A stretch of 64,000 nucleotides of DNA, taken from NCBI RefSeq assembly GCF_006345805.1, contig NC_042997.1, positions 34,844,001-34,908,000 on the forward strand, given 5' to 3'. A program made the position numbers and the translations under genes. The number at the start of each line of letters is the position of its first letter. The stretch's first letter is position 1. Source of the stretch: Octopus sinensis (Eukaryota). The notes beneath the pieces are model-generated. The model had not been told where the DNA came from. It saw nothing but the letters and a program-made list of their open reading frames with translations, and did no database searches. Below are positions 1 to 13,568 of this stretch, piece after piece.

Positions 1-260
1 GAGATCTGAAAAATTAGTCTAATTCGGATTCTACATAAATAGCACAATTAATAAAGAACTCACTCTTTGAAACAGAGGTGGACTGAGCTGTCGGTCAATC
101 GGGCACGCACTCTACATGTTAACTCTACTAAATTACACATTTATAGATGTGCACATTTATAGTTGTGCCCTTAATAATCTCAGTGCGCCTATGCTTTGAA
201 ATGAAAAAGTAACGGGTTTATATATATATATAAAAGTTGAGTTGTGGGGTATCGCACGAG

Positions 261-1186
261 TGGTAAAAGATTGTCAAAAGTTACATTTAAGGAAACATTG
301 AATAATATGGGTTCAAAAAAAGTTTTTTACATAATTGTCACATTGAATATTATGCATTCAAAAAAGTTTTTTACATAATTGTCACATTGGATATTATGAA
401 TTCAAAAATGTTTTTTTATACATAATTGTCACATTACATGTATAAATATAGTGTTTGGTAACAGAGAAGTTCAATAGTGTGATGAGAATATTTGGGAAAA
501 TTTGGCAGAAAAGGATAAAACAAATATATTATTGGGAATTGGTTGCGTTAATTATTGGTTGTCGCAAATTGTCACATTACATGTATATATATACAATCTT
601 TGGTATATATATACAGCCTTTTGACAGCAAAATTAAAATGGATTTTTTATACATCTCAGAATATTTTAAGTACAAGGCGAGAATATGTTTTTACTGACCT
701 GTCGGTATTAGCAGAAAGGCTGAACTGCCTTTCTGCTAATACCGACAGGTCAGTAAAAACATATTCTCGCCTTGTACTTAAAATATTCTGAGATGTATAA
801 AAAATCCATTTTAACTTTTGCTGTCAAAAGGCTGTATATATATACCAAAGATTGTATATATATACATGTAATGTGACAATTTGCGACAACCAATAATTAA
901 CGCAACCAATTCCCAATAATATATTTGTTTTATCCTTTTCTGCCAAATTTTCCCAAATATTCTCATCACACTATTGAACTTCTCTGTTACCAAACACTAT
1001 ATTTATACATGTAATGTGACAATTATGTATAAAAAAACATTTTTGATTCATAATATCCAATGTGACAATTATGTAAAAAACTTTTTTGAATGCATAATAT
1101 TCAATGTGACAATTATGTAAAAAACTTTTTTTGAACCCATATTATTCAATGTTTCCTTAAATGTAACTTTTGACAATCTTTTACCA
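261..1186. repeat. Near-perfect long inverted repeat: 460-bp arms (261-720 / 727-1186), 6-nt loop TGAACT
   Basis: Position i pairs with 1447-i at both ends (tggtaaaaga at 261 vs tcttttacca ending 1186; gcagaaaggc 711-720 vs gcctttctgc 727-736). ORFs 455..697(+) and 811..993(-) translate identically for about 59 aa. I found two 1-nt indels between arms. Confidence 0.95.
296..435. repeat. ~44-45 bp minisatellite, about 3 units (ttcaaaaaaagttttttacataattgtcacattgaatattatgca), mirrored at ~1012-1151
   Basis: Units start at ~312, ~357 and ~401, each containing acataattgtcacatt. Confidence 0.85.
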
Positions 1187-1604
1187 AAGAGTGAAACCGG
1201 TTAAGTAAATAAACATCGTTTAAATTGCATTTTCAAACCTTTTTTCTTATATATATATATATATATATACAAACACACACATATACGTACACTAAATGAA
1301 CCAACGGTATAAAGTGCATATATGCATGTGTAGGTATAAAAACGTATGTATGTTTACATACGTAAATGGAATGAGATCACTGCTTGCATATGCCAATAAA
1401 AACTTACATATACACATATATGTATTTGTGCATGTAAGTGTACGTACTTGCAAGTGCATGTTTGGATATGTGTTTTTCATTGAGGTGAGTTTAACTAAGA
1501 AATCACAAAGATTTTTTGTTTGAAACGTGATAGTTCGAATGATTTGTGATTATATAATTTGATATACATACACATGTATATGTATATATATATATATATA
1601 TTAT

Positions 1605-1663
<59 letters not shown>

Positions 1664-2169
1664 ATATCCTCTTACATATGTATATGCATACAAACATAGA
1701 AAACACAAAATCGTGTTACGTGCGGCTAATACTGGGAGTTTTGTAATCAGGTTTGATACATGAACAGTTAATCAATTAAACTTATGTCAAAGGATTGACA
1801 ATTGGGTATTGTGATTTTAAGAGTCTCTGAAGGCATTAAAGGGGTTAAGTGACATAGCTACAACTAGCTTTAGAATCTGGCTTACTGGTATGGATCGCCG
1901 GACGCTAACGACTTGGAAACGGTGAGAAAATATCATGCTTGTGAGGATGGAGTAGATCGGCTTCCTAAGATTCATTGTCATGGACACAAAGGCATTTCAG
2001 TAAGCTTTGCGATTTATTGAAATTAAGAAGAATTGAGATAGAAATAGAGATATTCAAATATCGGAATTTACGAAAAGGCTTATATTACAGTTTAACAAAT
2101 TGCATTCAAACGCACACGTACATACTCTCACAAACAACACACAAACATACAAAGAAATGTGTTTGTGTA

Positions 2170-2215
2170 AGTATATATATATGATATATATATATATATA
2201 TTATATATATATATG

Positions 2216-2262
<47 letters not shown>

Positions 2263-2291
2263 GTATATATATATGTATATATATATATATG

Positions 2292-2350
<59 letters not shown>

Positions 2351-2360
2351 ATATATGTAA
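2170..2360. repeat. (TA)n/(CA)n compound microsatellite; similar tracts at ~1575-1665, 3115-3178, 5200-5262, 24080-24265, 27510-27690, 40400-40620, 44950-45075, 46620-46738, 60165-60240, 63450-63500
   Basis: Directly visible dinucleotide runs; they explain the I/Y/H/T/C/V-rich ORFs in the track. Confidence 0.95.
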
Positions 2361-3130
2361 TTGTGTGCATGTGCGTGTGTACGTAAGTGTATGTATGTAT
2401 GTGCGCGTGTATGCGTGAATGTATTTATGTCTGCGTATAGGCCATACAACGTGAAAAGTGAAAAAGCAACTGAGAAAGAACAAAATATCCAGAATACATT
2501 GCTGTTTTAACGTTTGGAAAATGAGATAAATGAGTTTCTTTGACATTTCTATCTAGGGTAGGGGAGACAGGAAGACAGAAAGAACGAGATAGATAGAGAG
2601 AGGGAGTGAAGAAGAGAGAGAGAGTGAAGAAGAGAGAGAGAGAGGAGAATAAAGAAATAAATAGAGATAGAGGATATATGTGTGAGAGAATAGAATTGAG
2701 TAATAATAAGCGGAGAAAGGTATAATTCTATAAACCAGGTAGGAATGTTATGCTATGTAGAGTAAAAAGGAATGTCTTTGCTAAAGAAGTCGGCAGTTGT
2801 ATCAGTATGTGTTTCTGTGTTTCTATGCGTTTGTGTGTGTGTGTGTGTGTGCGTGCGCACACGCACTTGGTTGCAGGTCTATCGCGAATTGAATGACGAT
2901 AATTTATGAGAGAAGGTAAATGTCGGTATGTTGCGATCCTCACCACAAGGTTGTATATTCTCACATCCTTCTATGTTTTCCCCCATCCATGTGAACTCAC
3001 TTGCATTCAATGCACATTTGTATACATACTTACGTTCATGAACCGCAATCTCGAAATGTGTGCGTCTGTCTGCATATGCCTTTATGCAACAAGTCTGTAA
3101 ATGCCTATATATTATATGTATATATATATA

Positions 3131-3180
<50 letters not shown>

Positions 3181-5194
3181 ATAGGTATTCGGGCATGAAA
3201 CTCATCTGCACAATGTCATCGCAATACAGTTACTTTTTAGTGATGGGGTGCAATAATTGAGATGAATAAAAATAAGTTAGATTAACATATAAATAGTTAA
3301 CTAAAGAGCAAAGAAAAGAGTGTTATAATGTTTCCTTGGTTAGTCTAGGGGCATTCCAAAGAAAGTTGTGGAAAAGGAAAAAAGTATTTCTCTAGTTTTA
3401 CCTATGATTTCATGGATTTAATTCAATTCTCAGAAACCCTGTTACACAAACTCAATAGAAAATTGACTCATCAACGAGTTCCGATGATCTAGGCCAACAC
3501 TTTAAAGGAGACTGCACAGCTTGATTGCGGAGTACATACTCATGGATATTAGAATATCTAGCTTCTTTGCGAAAGGTCAATATGCAAGTGTAGTCTGATC
3601 TAACGAAAATCTATACAAAAGTAACCTGGGTAAATGATTTTTGTGTTCTAAAATATTGGTTTCAAATTATGGCACAAGGGGGTAAATCAATTACATCGAA
3701 TCCAGTGCTCGACTGCTAATTATTTTATCGACCCTGAATTAATGAATTTGTACTCAGAACGTAAGGACCGACGAAATGCCGCTAAATATCCTGCCCGTGG
3801 TGCTAACGTTTGTGACAGCTCGTTGTCTTATATGTTCTAAAATATTAATGACCAAAAACAATTCAAGATAAGTCTATATGCAGGTGTAGACTAACTTCGG
3901 GCTACAAAGCCTGAGTATTGAGGTGACAGGATAGCTGAAGGCACCAATGCAGTCGGGCCAGGTTTGTGGACCACTTCAAATCTGCCAGAGCGAGAACTAT
4001 TTATATACTACTCGATCATGTAGTCAGATTTCAGCTAGTGGCATATTTACGGCAGTGTAATCTTTGTCTTCGTGTGATGCATCACAAAACGACCACAATA
4101 GATATGACTTATGCATGTAATACCGTATCGCTCTTGCGTAAGGATTACTCAGTTAGCGTTCTATTTAACTTTCACAGCAGTTTATGATTCATCATAATTA
4201 TCCCTGTGTGTAGATGATGTTTCAGAAATACTGATAACCGTCTTCTGAATAATAAATGCCTGAATAATAAATGATGAAGCATAAGTACACTTTAGAAGGT
4301 GAGGTTATGAGAGAAAATTGCATTGCCTTTACATAGTTTCATTCATATAAGACGCGAACCGCAATACCTATGTTCACAAGGAGAGAAAAATAATCCTTAT
4401 TGTGAAATCTGATTCCAAATCTGCCCTTCGAAACTGCTCCAGACACTACTATATTATACAAGGTCCGGCATACGTCCAAGGTTCAAATCAATATATTTTT
4501 ACTTCTTCCAGCAATGAACATACACTTCATTTAGTTGGTTCCGAGGAGGTTATACGATTTTTCACAAGCATTAAGTTCTGAAAGAAAGCTTTTTCTAATA
4601 GAAACAGACGTAAGCTAATGGAAATTATAACGTAACGCATAATCATTTGGCGTTCATTAATAGATATTACTATAAAGCATAGGCGTATCAAGATTTAACA
4701 GCGGATTATTATTATTTCTATGTCTAAACGAAATCATTCAATCTGTTGTTATTTATTTATTATTATTCAACTCTCACGTAACCTGTTCCTTGCGTAGATC
4801 AAAAGTATATGATAGACCGTATATTTAGTACACTGTGCGTTTCTCGATTAGGTTCAGAGGCTTTTGATATGTTTTGTCGGGTACAGTTAGTCGTATACAC
4901 AACCTGAATATCTTTTCTGCCTGTAGTTGGGAATCTGCCTGTAGTTGGGAATCTGCCTATATATTCAACTATTTTTGTGTATGTACTTTTCGTTCCGACC
5001 CGGTGCCTTACAATGTGTCTGATTTACTTCAATCTACTTTATATTTAAGGTTAAACGAAAACCTTATATATGAGATTTTTTCTAGAACAAACTTCCACAA
5101 AACGTTTAGTAACATCCTCATAAAAAATTTCATAACATTTAAAAGAACAGTCCTCTTTACACTTCAAAAACTGTATTAAGTAATTATCATTAAC

Positions 5195-5255
<61 letters not shown>

Positions 5256-5441
5256 ATATATATGTTATCCGAAATGTATAGTATAAAATATCCGTCGCAG
5301 CTGAAATTGCCAATCGGTAATCAGTTTCACATAAAGAATACAACGGAATCAGAGTTTGCCGATATGGAAGGAAATGTACATATATATGTATATATATCTA
5401 TATATTTGTGTGTGTGTGTGTATACATATATATATATATAT

Positions 5442-5749
5442 GAAGGCGCGTGGCTTAGTGGTTAGGGGCATTCGGCACATGATCGTAAGGTCATGAGTTC
5501 AATTCCCTTGAGTAAGACTCTTTATTTCACATTGCTCCAGTCCACTCAGCTGGCAAAAATGAGTTGTACCTGTATTTCAAAGGGCCATTCTTGTCACACT
5601 CTCTGTCACGCTGAATCTCTCTGAGAACTACGTTAGGGGCACATGTGTCTGTGGAGTGTTCAGCCACTTGCACGTCAATTTCACGAGCAAGCTGTTCCGT
5701 TGATCGTATCAGCTGGGACCCTCATCGTTGCAACCGATGGAGTGCTCCT
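5442..5749 (+). mobile_element. tRNA-derived SINE (family A here)
   Basis: Pol III A box TGGCTTAGTGG (5451-5461) and B box GAGTTCAATTCC (5495-5506); its 3' body recurs reverse-complemented at ~43690-43870. Confidence 0.85.
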
Positions 5750-5754
5750 TATAT

Positions 5755-6266
5755 ATATATATATATAACTGTAGTTGTGTGAGTGCCTGTCCCCTTCGAT
5801 TTAGATTCCTAACTACTCCCACATTTTGCGGTGCAGTTTAACCAAATTCGGGTATCTTATAGTCATGATTCATATCCAGCCCGTCTGAGTATTAGCGCGC
5901 GTCTACGATGAGTCTACGATTTTAAAAATAATTTAACATCATTTTTTATTCCATTTTAATGCATAATTTTTCGTGTGTCGATGGCGGCGGAGTTGGCGTC
6001 CATGGTCACACCTGCACCTGTTTGCTTCTCCCCCTTCTTCCCTCCCTCGTGAAGCTGTGGGGAAGGGAGTGTAAGGAAATCAACGTCGTAAAGCGTTGTC
6101 AAGGAGACCAGCGTTCTTTTAGAACAACGACTTCATGGCTTGAAGACACCAAAACAGAAATGGCTAAGAAAGCCCGAATTGGCATGTATAAGGGAAGTAA
6201 CTCTCTAAAAATGCTTATATAGTTATTTCCCTTACAAACCCGAGCAACGCCGGGCGATACTGCTAG
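5755..6266 (+). mobile_element. Non-autonomous Helitron-like element
   Basis: Ends acaaacccgagcaacgccgggcgatactgCTAG|T (CTAG 6263-6266) after a GC-rich subterminal hairpin (cccg...cggg); nearly the same terminus ends the element at 46001-46385. 5' TC not clearly preserved. Confidence 0.65.
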
Positions 6267-6374
6267 TATATATATATATAAATATGTGTGTGTGTGTATG
6301 TATGTATGTGATGTGTACACAATGGGAGCAACTGTCTTCGAAGACTCATAATATTGTCCTTCAATGCTCGAAAT

Positions 6375-6660
6375 GAGGAGTAGATAGAGTGTTGCACTCC
6401 CGATCGTTGGATCGTGTTTCGAATTCCGAACCGAGTCGTTCATTGTGTTATTTCACGTAAAACAGTTCATTTCACGTTGTTTCAGTCTTATTACCTGTAA
6501 GTGGGCGGCCTTGCGACGGACTAGCTTTCCGCACAGGTGGTAATGCTGGTCTGCCCATCAAGTCACTGGGTGGAATCATTCGAAATGTAAAACGATGTGA
6601 TGCGAATTGTGACCAGCGATGTATAACATCCAATATTCTGGTCACATGATCACGTGATGA
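6375..6660 (+). mobile_element. Degenerate tRNA-derived SINE
   Basis: B-box-like gtttcgaattcc near 6415-6427; 3' part (cattcgaa..gcgaattgtgaccagcgatgtataac) resembles the tail of the SINE at 49576-49868. Confidence 0.55.
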
Positions 6661-9600
6661 ATATAAAATATGACCAGTATACCATTATTTCCTAATGACA
6701 GTATGCACAGGTATCCGTCACGAGATTATCAATGACAACTAGCCTTTATTAACTTCAATTGAACAAATGTTAATTTTACACCAAGGAAATATTTTCAGAG
6801 AAGGATTTTTTTTGCGTAGAACATTCTGCAACTTGGATTGGATTGGTAGCGGACCTAGAAAAAACTTGCAGCTCTGACACGTACACATAGAGTTAGTCAT
6901 TTAACAGAACGCGTCCACACGTACTAATACACCCACATGCAGGCAAGAACACCTCCCCACCACAGAACTATTCAAATATACTCAAATTCAAGATTCCATG
7001 GCTTCTACACAGGTTAATCTTACGAATTCTGCTAAATAACATTACAGTGGAATGTTGCTTCAAAATGTGCAAATTCGAAACTAATCAATGCACTCAAATA
7101 AACAAACAAAATTGATGAATGAAAATAAATTTATAAATAAATATATATAAAAATTGTTTTCTGTGAATATTTAGTCATTCTTTCAAACATTTTTTGCTTT
7201 TTGCTGAAGGGCGGATAGATAACTATGAGACAGAATTTCATTTCAGCAAATCAATATAGCTTTTTATTTCATTAATAATTAATTTTCTTTTCAAACCCAG
7301 AGATTATTTTAAGTGGCACAGTTTATGAAGAACGATAAAAAAATTATTCTGGTAGATTCTAGTGTATTTTTTGCAATTTCAGGCCGATTATATCTAATTT
7401 CACATAAAATTCCTTCGAGAGAGAAGTAAAGTAGGCACAAAAATAAAAGTTTGGGAAAGAGTGACATGGAGTAGGGGAATCGATAGATTCATCGAAAGAG
7501 ATATATCGTATAGATAGGGAGGAAAACAACAAGATAGAACAAGTAGGCATAGCTCGGAGAAATAGAAATAAATAGAATGGGAAATTATGAAGGAACTACT
7601 GTTCCATGAGAAGTAGTAATCAACGGCAGGTTGGAACATAAGGAGAAATCTTAAACTAGTAATACAGCGGATTAACATCCAATCTTATACTCTTAGCGTA
7701 TTCTTTTTTTCTAAGTGGTTCTCTTTTTCTTTATTTTCTAATGTCACTACATGGAAGTAGAAGCGAGGTTCTCTACTAACTTTCTTTCTATATACTACAA
7801 CCTCAACCGAGGGTGTCGCTTTCACAAGATATTTATATGCTTATACAGGGGCACATTAATGTTCAATTATAGTGGAGTTGATAATGAGTCGAACCTCATA
7901 AGAAATTGCATTCTTTTGAGAACGGATCTCACATTCTCTCTTAGACACCCTGTGACTATAACTCCAATGTTTGGGCTCACAGGGTGTTTATTAAATCTCA
8001 GCATGTGTCGTATTACCTGCAATTTTTTCTGTAAGTTAACGTTTATTCGCTTCGAAACAAAACAAGAATAATAAATATAACCATCACGCAATAGCCGTTC
8101 TCATTTAACTAATGAAAACTCGGCTATTTTTCCTTACTTCAATTCAATGATTTAATGGTAGGCAAAATGTAAAGATCAAATGCAAAAGTCTACCCTCTGT
8201 TACTAAATTTATTGAGCAAAATAGTAGTTACTGGCTGAAATTTTCGAAAACCGGGAAGTACTACATTGAATCCTGATATGCTAATGGTTTTTCTTGATGT
8301 AAGATTTTGAAATGCCCTATGTCTTTACTTGTTTAAATGCCCTTCTAATCACCTCAGCTCCCATTAATACTGCTGGATAAGTAGTATTAGAGCTTTAAAA
8401 GCGTGTGCGCTAATGTACTAAGCATATATGCCCACCACTTACACACATAATCATGCACAAGCTTTGAGAGAATATAGCTGTTATCTTCTCCTTTAAGAAA
8501 TGTTCTCATTTTACACAGAACTTAATTTAAATTATCTGCAATAGAGTTAACATTTGTATTCGAAATTCTGGCGTGATTTTCGGAAGTCGATATCACACAG
8601 AACGTAATGTCATAAAAGTTTCACCTTATCAGAATAAACATCTGAAGCAGTTTAAAGGTTCTTTATCTCAGTTTAAAACGGTTGGCGGAATTAACAATGA
8701 ACATATAGGTTCCATGTTCAAGATATCTAATAACAATTTGTCGCAATGTACAAGATATTAAACACATTAGCAGTAGATATTCTCAAAGTATGGAAACACT
8801 ACGCGTAGGACTCCTCGTTTAATATAATAGTTCTTAGTTTGCTCATAAGCAAAAATCAAATGTATCCTACAAACCGACCTACTTATGTTGAATCTGTCTT
8901 TAAAATGCCTCAACTTTAAAGGAATATAAATCTCCCGTTGTTCAACTTGTGTGTTTTAACGTCGAATATAGAATTAGCGCTAATGACAATTTGTGTGAGT
9001 ATATGTGTGTGACTTTGTATGTGATAATACAACCTTTAGATATTCATGGGACAGTTGCCATCCAGTCTAAGACAATTGAAGTCAATTATTTTCTTCACAT
9101 TCTCAGGATGTTAACTGATTTTCCTTTTAAATATAATATATTTATGTAATCTATTTTTGTTGTCAGTATAACTCATACCGACATCAGTATACATTAGTGA
9201 CATCACAGTGGTATTGTAGTTCTTGATGAAAGGGTATTAGGTGACAATTTTGATTTTTTACATTATCAGATATAAAAAGAAAAAAAAAACCAAAAACAAT
9301 TAAGAGGCGATAGACACTTTATCACACTTTTATCTTTCTAAGTGCAAAAATCTTTTCTTCCAAACGTCATATTATATTAGGCACTAATCTTCACTTGTTA
9401 TCTTCACTTTTTGGCCATGGAATTAAGTAGATTAATAATCCGAATAATAGTATTATTAACATATTTAAAAATACGCTGGCTCAGTGTATACAAACAAGTT
9501 GTAGACAAGGCAACGATGGGATTGTATGCCGCCGTTCTCAATAGATATCTTTCGATATCTTTGAGGCGGGTATTCGTAGATATTTCTGTGTGCATGCACT

Positions 9601-10040
9601 CTGTATACACATCTGGGCTGAGCGAATGAGGTACTATTTTTACGATATTGCTTTTTCAGTGTCTGAGGCATTGTATACTTTCTGTTGAAAAAGTGTCTAA
9701 TCTATTATTTGGAATGCTGTGTTTGGCATTTCAGTAGTAAGAATATTATCCGAATTCTTGTTACGTGAATGCCATTAGTTTTGTATTGCCTAATTTTAGT
9801 TTTTAAAATCATGTTTACAAAGTTCGTCTGTGAAATGACTATTTTAAAGTGTATTTTGTGCTTATCAATGATGTAGTGGCGCTTCCCGTTGTAGTACTTA
9901 TTACTATTTCTGTACATTGTATTTCTGGATTAGTGTAATTTGAATTTGTATAAGCATAATAAAATTCTGTTATACACTAGAAGGTAGACCAAATTCTAGC
10001 TTCACATCTTTCTTCTAAAGCAATTTCACGAGCTAAAAGG

Positions 10041-10080
<40 letters not shown>

Positions 10081-12999
10081 TGACGAGAATTCATCATTAG
10101 AATAACTTTCTTGCCACGTCTGAGCTACCCGTCTTTTTGGCGGTTTTGCTAATATATCTCAGAATTACATTAATCTGTTTATTCAATATTTTAAAAAACT
10201 TTTGGGGTAGTGTTGAGAAAGATTTTTCTAGCGATTTCGTCCAGATCGAACAGCTGTGTAGTATCTTGGTTACTAGGCAGATTAGATTGCTGTCAAATGC
10301 GTAGCTATGAAAATATTGTTCATTTTATACAACACCTACTAATATAAAATACCACATATCAATAAGAATTTAATGGTGCAAATACTTCTAAGTCTGTATA
10401 TTGTTGGTGGTGAACATATTCAGCTTTCCTGAAGATAATACACATTAAATGGTAATTTGTTTTCAGGTAAATAGATAAGAGATTACTTGCATAAAATGTT
10501 AGAGAACTGAAATGATGCTTTGACCTAATGTCTTTAGTTTTAGTTTCCTAAATTTATTGTAGAATCTTTCACAATTGTTGCAAACGTTTCGACTAGAGGT
10601 TCACGATTTATACGACGTCTTTGAATTTCTTGTGCAACTATGCCTTACTTTGACCCGGTCACTAAATATTAATCTGAGAGTAACAATGCTGAAGACTGAT
10701 ATATTCTCCTAATATTTATATATTCGAATAATATACTTTTATATTCTCAAGCCTGCATAATACAGACTCATTTATTTCGTTTGATTTATAATTTCTGAGA
10801 GTAAATTTTACTTTCCGTATAATTTAAAGAGTAACTGCTTAAGGTGTTAATAACTTTCATTTAACAGGTGAAATGTCCTGGTGGATACGGTATTAGATTT
10901 TGTAATCGCACTTAGGATATTGCGTTGCCAGTTCATGAAGTACATTGTAACTCTCATTGTTGCTATACTGTGATATAAGTATATATGATATCGAATGTTG
11001 TCATAGAATGTTGTACATTCCGACGTGATATGCACATATTACCAGCGACAAATTTCCTTCACATGCACGCCCGTGCGCTCATACAGACACATGCACAGAC
11101 CATACACACACGCACACCTCACACACACGTTCAAAAATTCACATACGCACATACATTCACAATAACAAATAGCGGAAGAATCACTTTGAAGCATCATGCG
11201 TTTTATTATTTTTGCTCGCAGGTAGTTGACTGTAGATAGGATACCTGATTAAATACCGCAGTTTACTCTGTGTTTTAGAACAGTAGACATAAGATAAGAT
11301 ATCTTAGCATTTGTGCATTACTGTAACTAGAGACTAAAACGTAGCTAATCCCAGACGTTGCAGTCCGTCAAGTGACATGTCTACAGCGTCCATCTTAATT
11401 GTACTAATATCGCAGAGTTAAATGATTACCTACAAATTCTCAGACATTTCTATATAAGAGGCGAAGCTTCAGAAGCTAACGTGGTTGTAAACATGAATTA
11501 TCGATCAGCAAACTTATAATTGAAAAAATGTAGCAGGAGGTTTTCAACATGGCATTCATTGACTCACTGAAGAGTTTTAGGTAGTGGTCCTCAATGCGAG
11601 ACTATGGCAATATTAGCCTTGAGACAGGTATCACCAATAATAAGTAGGTACCTAACATGTCATGTATAAAAGTGTGAGAAAAACTTTAGATATATAGAAA
11701 AATGGAAATTATGAAAATCAATTCTATTTCTACTACAAGAATATTTCTCCACTTCTTTCCTTCCTGGCATCCTCATCTTTAACTATTATGTTAGACTTGA
11801 TTCAGGTGCAAATTATATTGCAAGAGAGACAAATGTATCTTTTATATATAAGAAATAAATTAATGCATTTCGCTGTAGAATATAGACAGGTGGAAGCACA
11901 GTAACAGACAATACACGTATTCATTAGAAGGTAACTTGATAGAGGAAGATTAATAAAACTTATTAATATATTCTCTTAGAGAGATAGAGTTCAGAAAATT
12001 AGGCCAAATATAAACTTATATATATATATATTCGGAATGAAATGAATAAACTAGCTAGAATTCAAAACACAAAAAATGAAACATTAGGGAAGAATATTAT
12101 GGAAACATTACAAAACTACTTAACATAGAGCTAAATGTCAAAGAACTGATAGACTTCAAGACTGCAAGAATTTCATTATTCATTAGTTGATGTAATAATC
12201 TAACTTGCCGCTAAGTGATTTAGGAGCACTAAATAAGAAAAGAAAAAAAATTATAATGAGACCTATCAGTTTTTGTTCATATTTATTGAACTATAATATT
12301 GGCAAACATAATGAATTATTTATCCAAGTAACATCATAATCGCAAGATCTCGAGAAACATTATTCCAATGAATAATCCAGCTTTTCAACATGGAACTGAT
12401 AGTCATGTTAAATAGTCTTGCTCACGTTATCTTCAAGAGTAATCGCCTAATATAGAATTCATGAAAATCATATAAAACTCATAAAATTACAATAATATGA
12501 ATGCTGTGTCACTCGTATATTTTTAGGATACGGGCGTTTGTCTTTAAATTTAAGCCGGTTGAGGATGCATCAAACTCTACTAGAGATACAACCCAAATCA
12601 ATCCATTCTTTTGAAAGAAAATGGGCTGTGTATGTTAATCAAAAAGCATTATTGAATTGCATTCTCCTGCAGTTAGTTTTGGTCAAATGTTTCCAACGTG
12701 GAATCTGACAGTAATTGCTGAATGTAACTGGTCACTTTGAAAAGCCAGCTGCACGTTATAAACCATCTTAATTTATAACATCTGCGACTATGGGACATAG
12801 ATATCCGTAGTGAAAGAAATATTGAATTATCTCTCTATACAGAAATTCTAGAAAAGTTTTGGTATAAATTTTAATGACATATAAAAGTAGAAACAGTGGA
12901 CTAGTCTCTTAAACTCTACGCCATTTTAGAAGAAGTTACGTCAAGTTACTCTTAAACGTGACAAAACACACGATTGTACTCAATATACAAAAGACACAA

Positions 13000-13481
13000 C
13001 AATATTTTAACTGATATATGAGATAAACTGTCAAGAAATACTTCATAAACTTACGCACTAAACTCACATGAATATCAAAAAATATTAAATAAAACAAAAC
13101 AGTTACAGAATGAATGAAGGAATTAAAAAAAAGAAGGATCGAAAATATAAATAAATTATAGGAACTGAAAACCTATATGAGCAATTTCGAAAAAATTCAT
13201 GAAACTGCAGACCTAAAAGCAGCTCTGGGGTTTGCAGCTGAAAACGGAGAATGGCATGAAACAATTGCTATCTTACATAACAAAAACACCAGGACTTACA
13301 AACACATATAACATACAGAAAATTGCACTACTAGGCACTGCACACATCCTACGCAGAACACTTTCCATACAATAACCAACAGAGCATCACAACAAATCAC
13401 AGCACATACTCAAGGCACACAGAGCTGCGCTCGGTAGTGAGTGACAGCACGCTATAAATATAAAACTACTGAATAGTAATA

Positions 13482-13487
<6 letters not shown>
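13000..13487 (+). mobile_element. 3' end of an R4/Dong-like (RLE) non-LTR retrotransposon, with (TAA)n tail
   Basis: Translation IQKIALLGTAHILRRTLSIQ* (stop 13373-13375) matches the RLE-element C-terminus; 3' UTR cacagagctgcgctcggtagtg also at ~14290-14312; followed by (AAT)n at ~13490-13568. Confidence 0.75.

Positions 13488-13568
<81 letters not shown>

Noticed and set aside
296-435. CRISPR-like or other prokaryotic repeat array
   Set aside because: Units are contiguous with no unique spacers, and the whole context is eukaryotic.
4351-4581. Stop-to-stop frame containing ILIVKSDSKSAL, like the RNase H motif SDSxSAL
   Set aside because: No other RNase H residues, no RT nearby, no start or splice support; probably chance.
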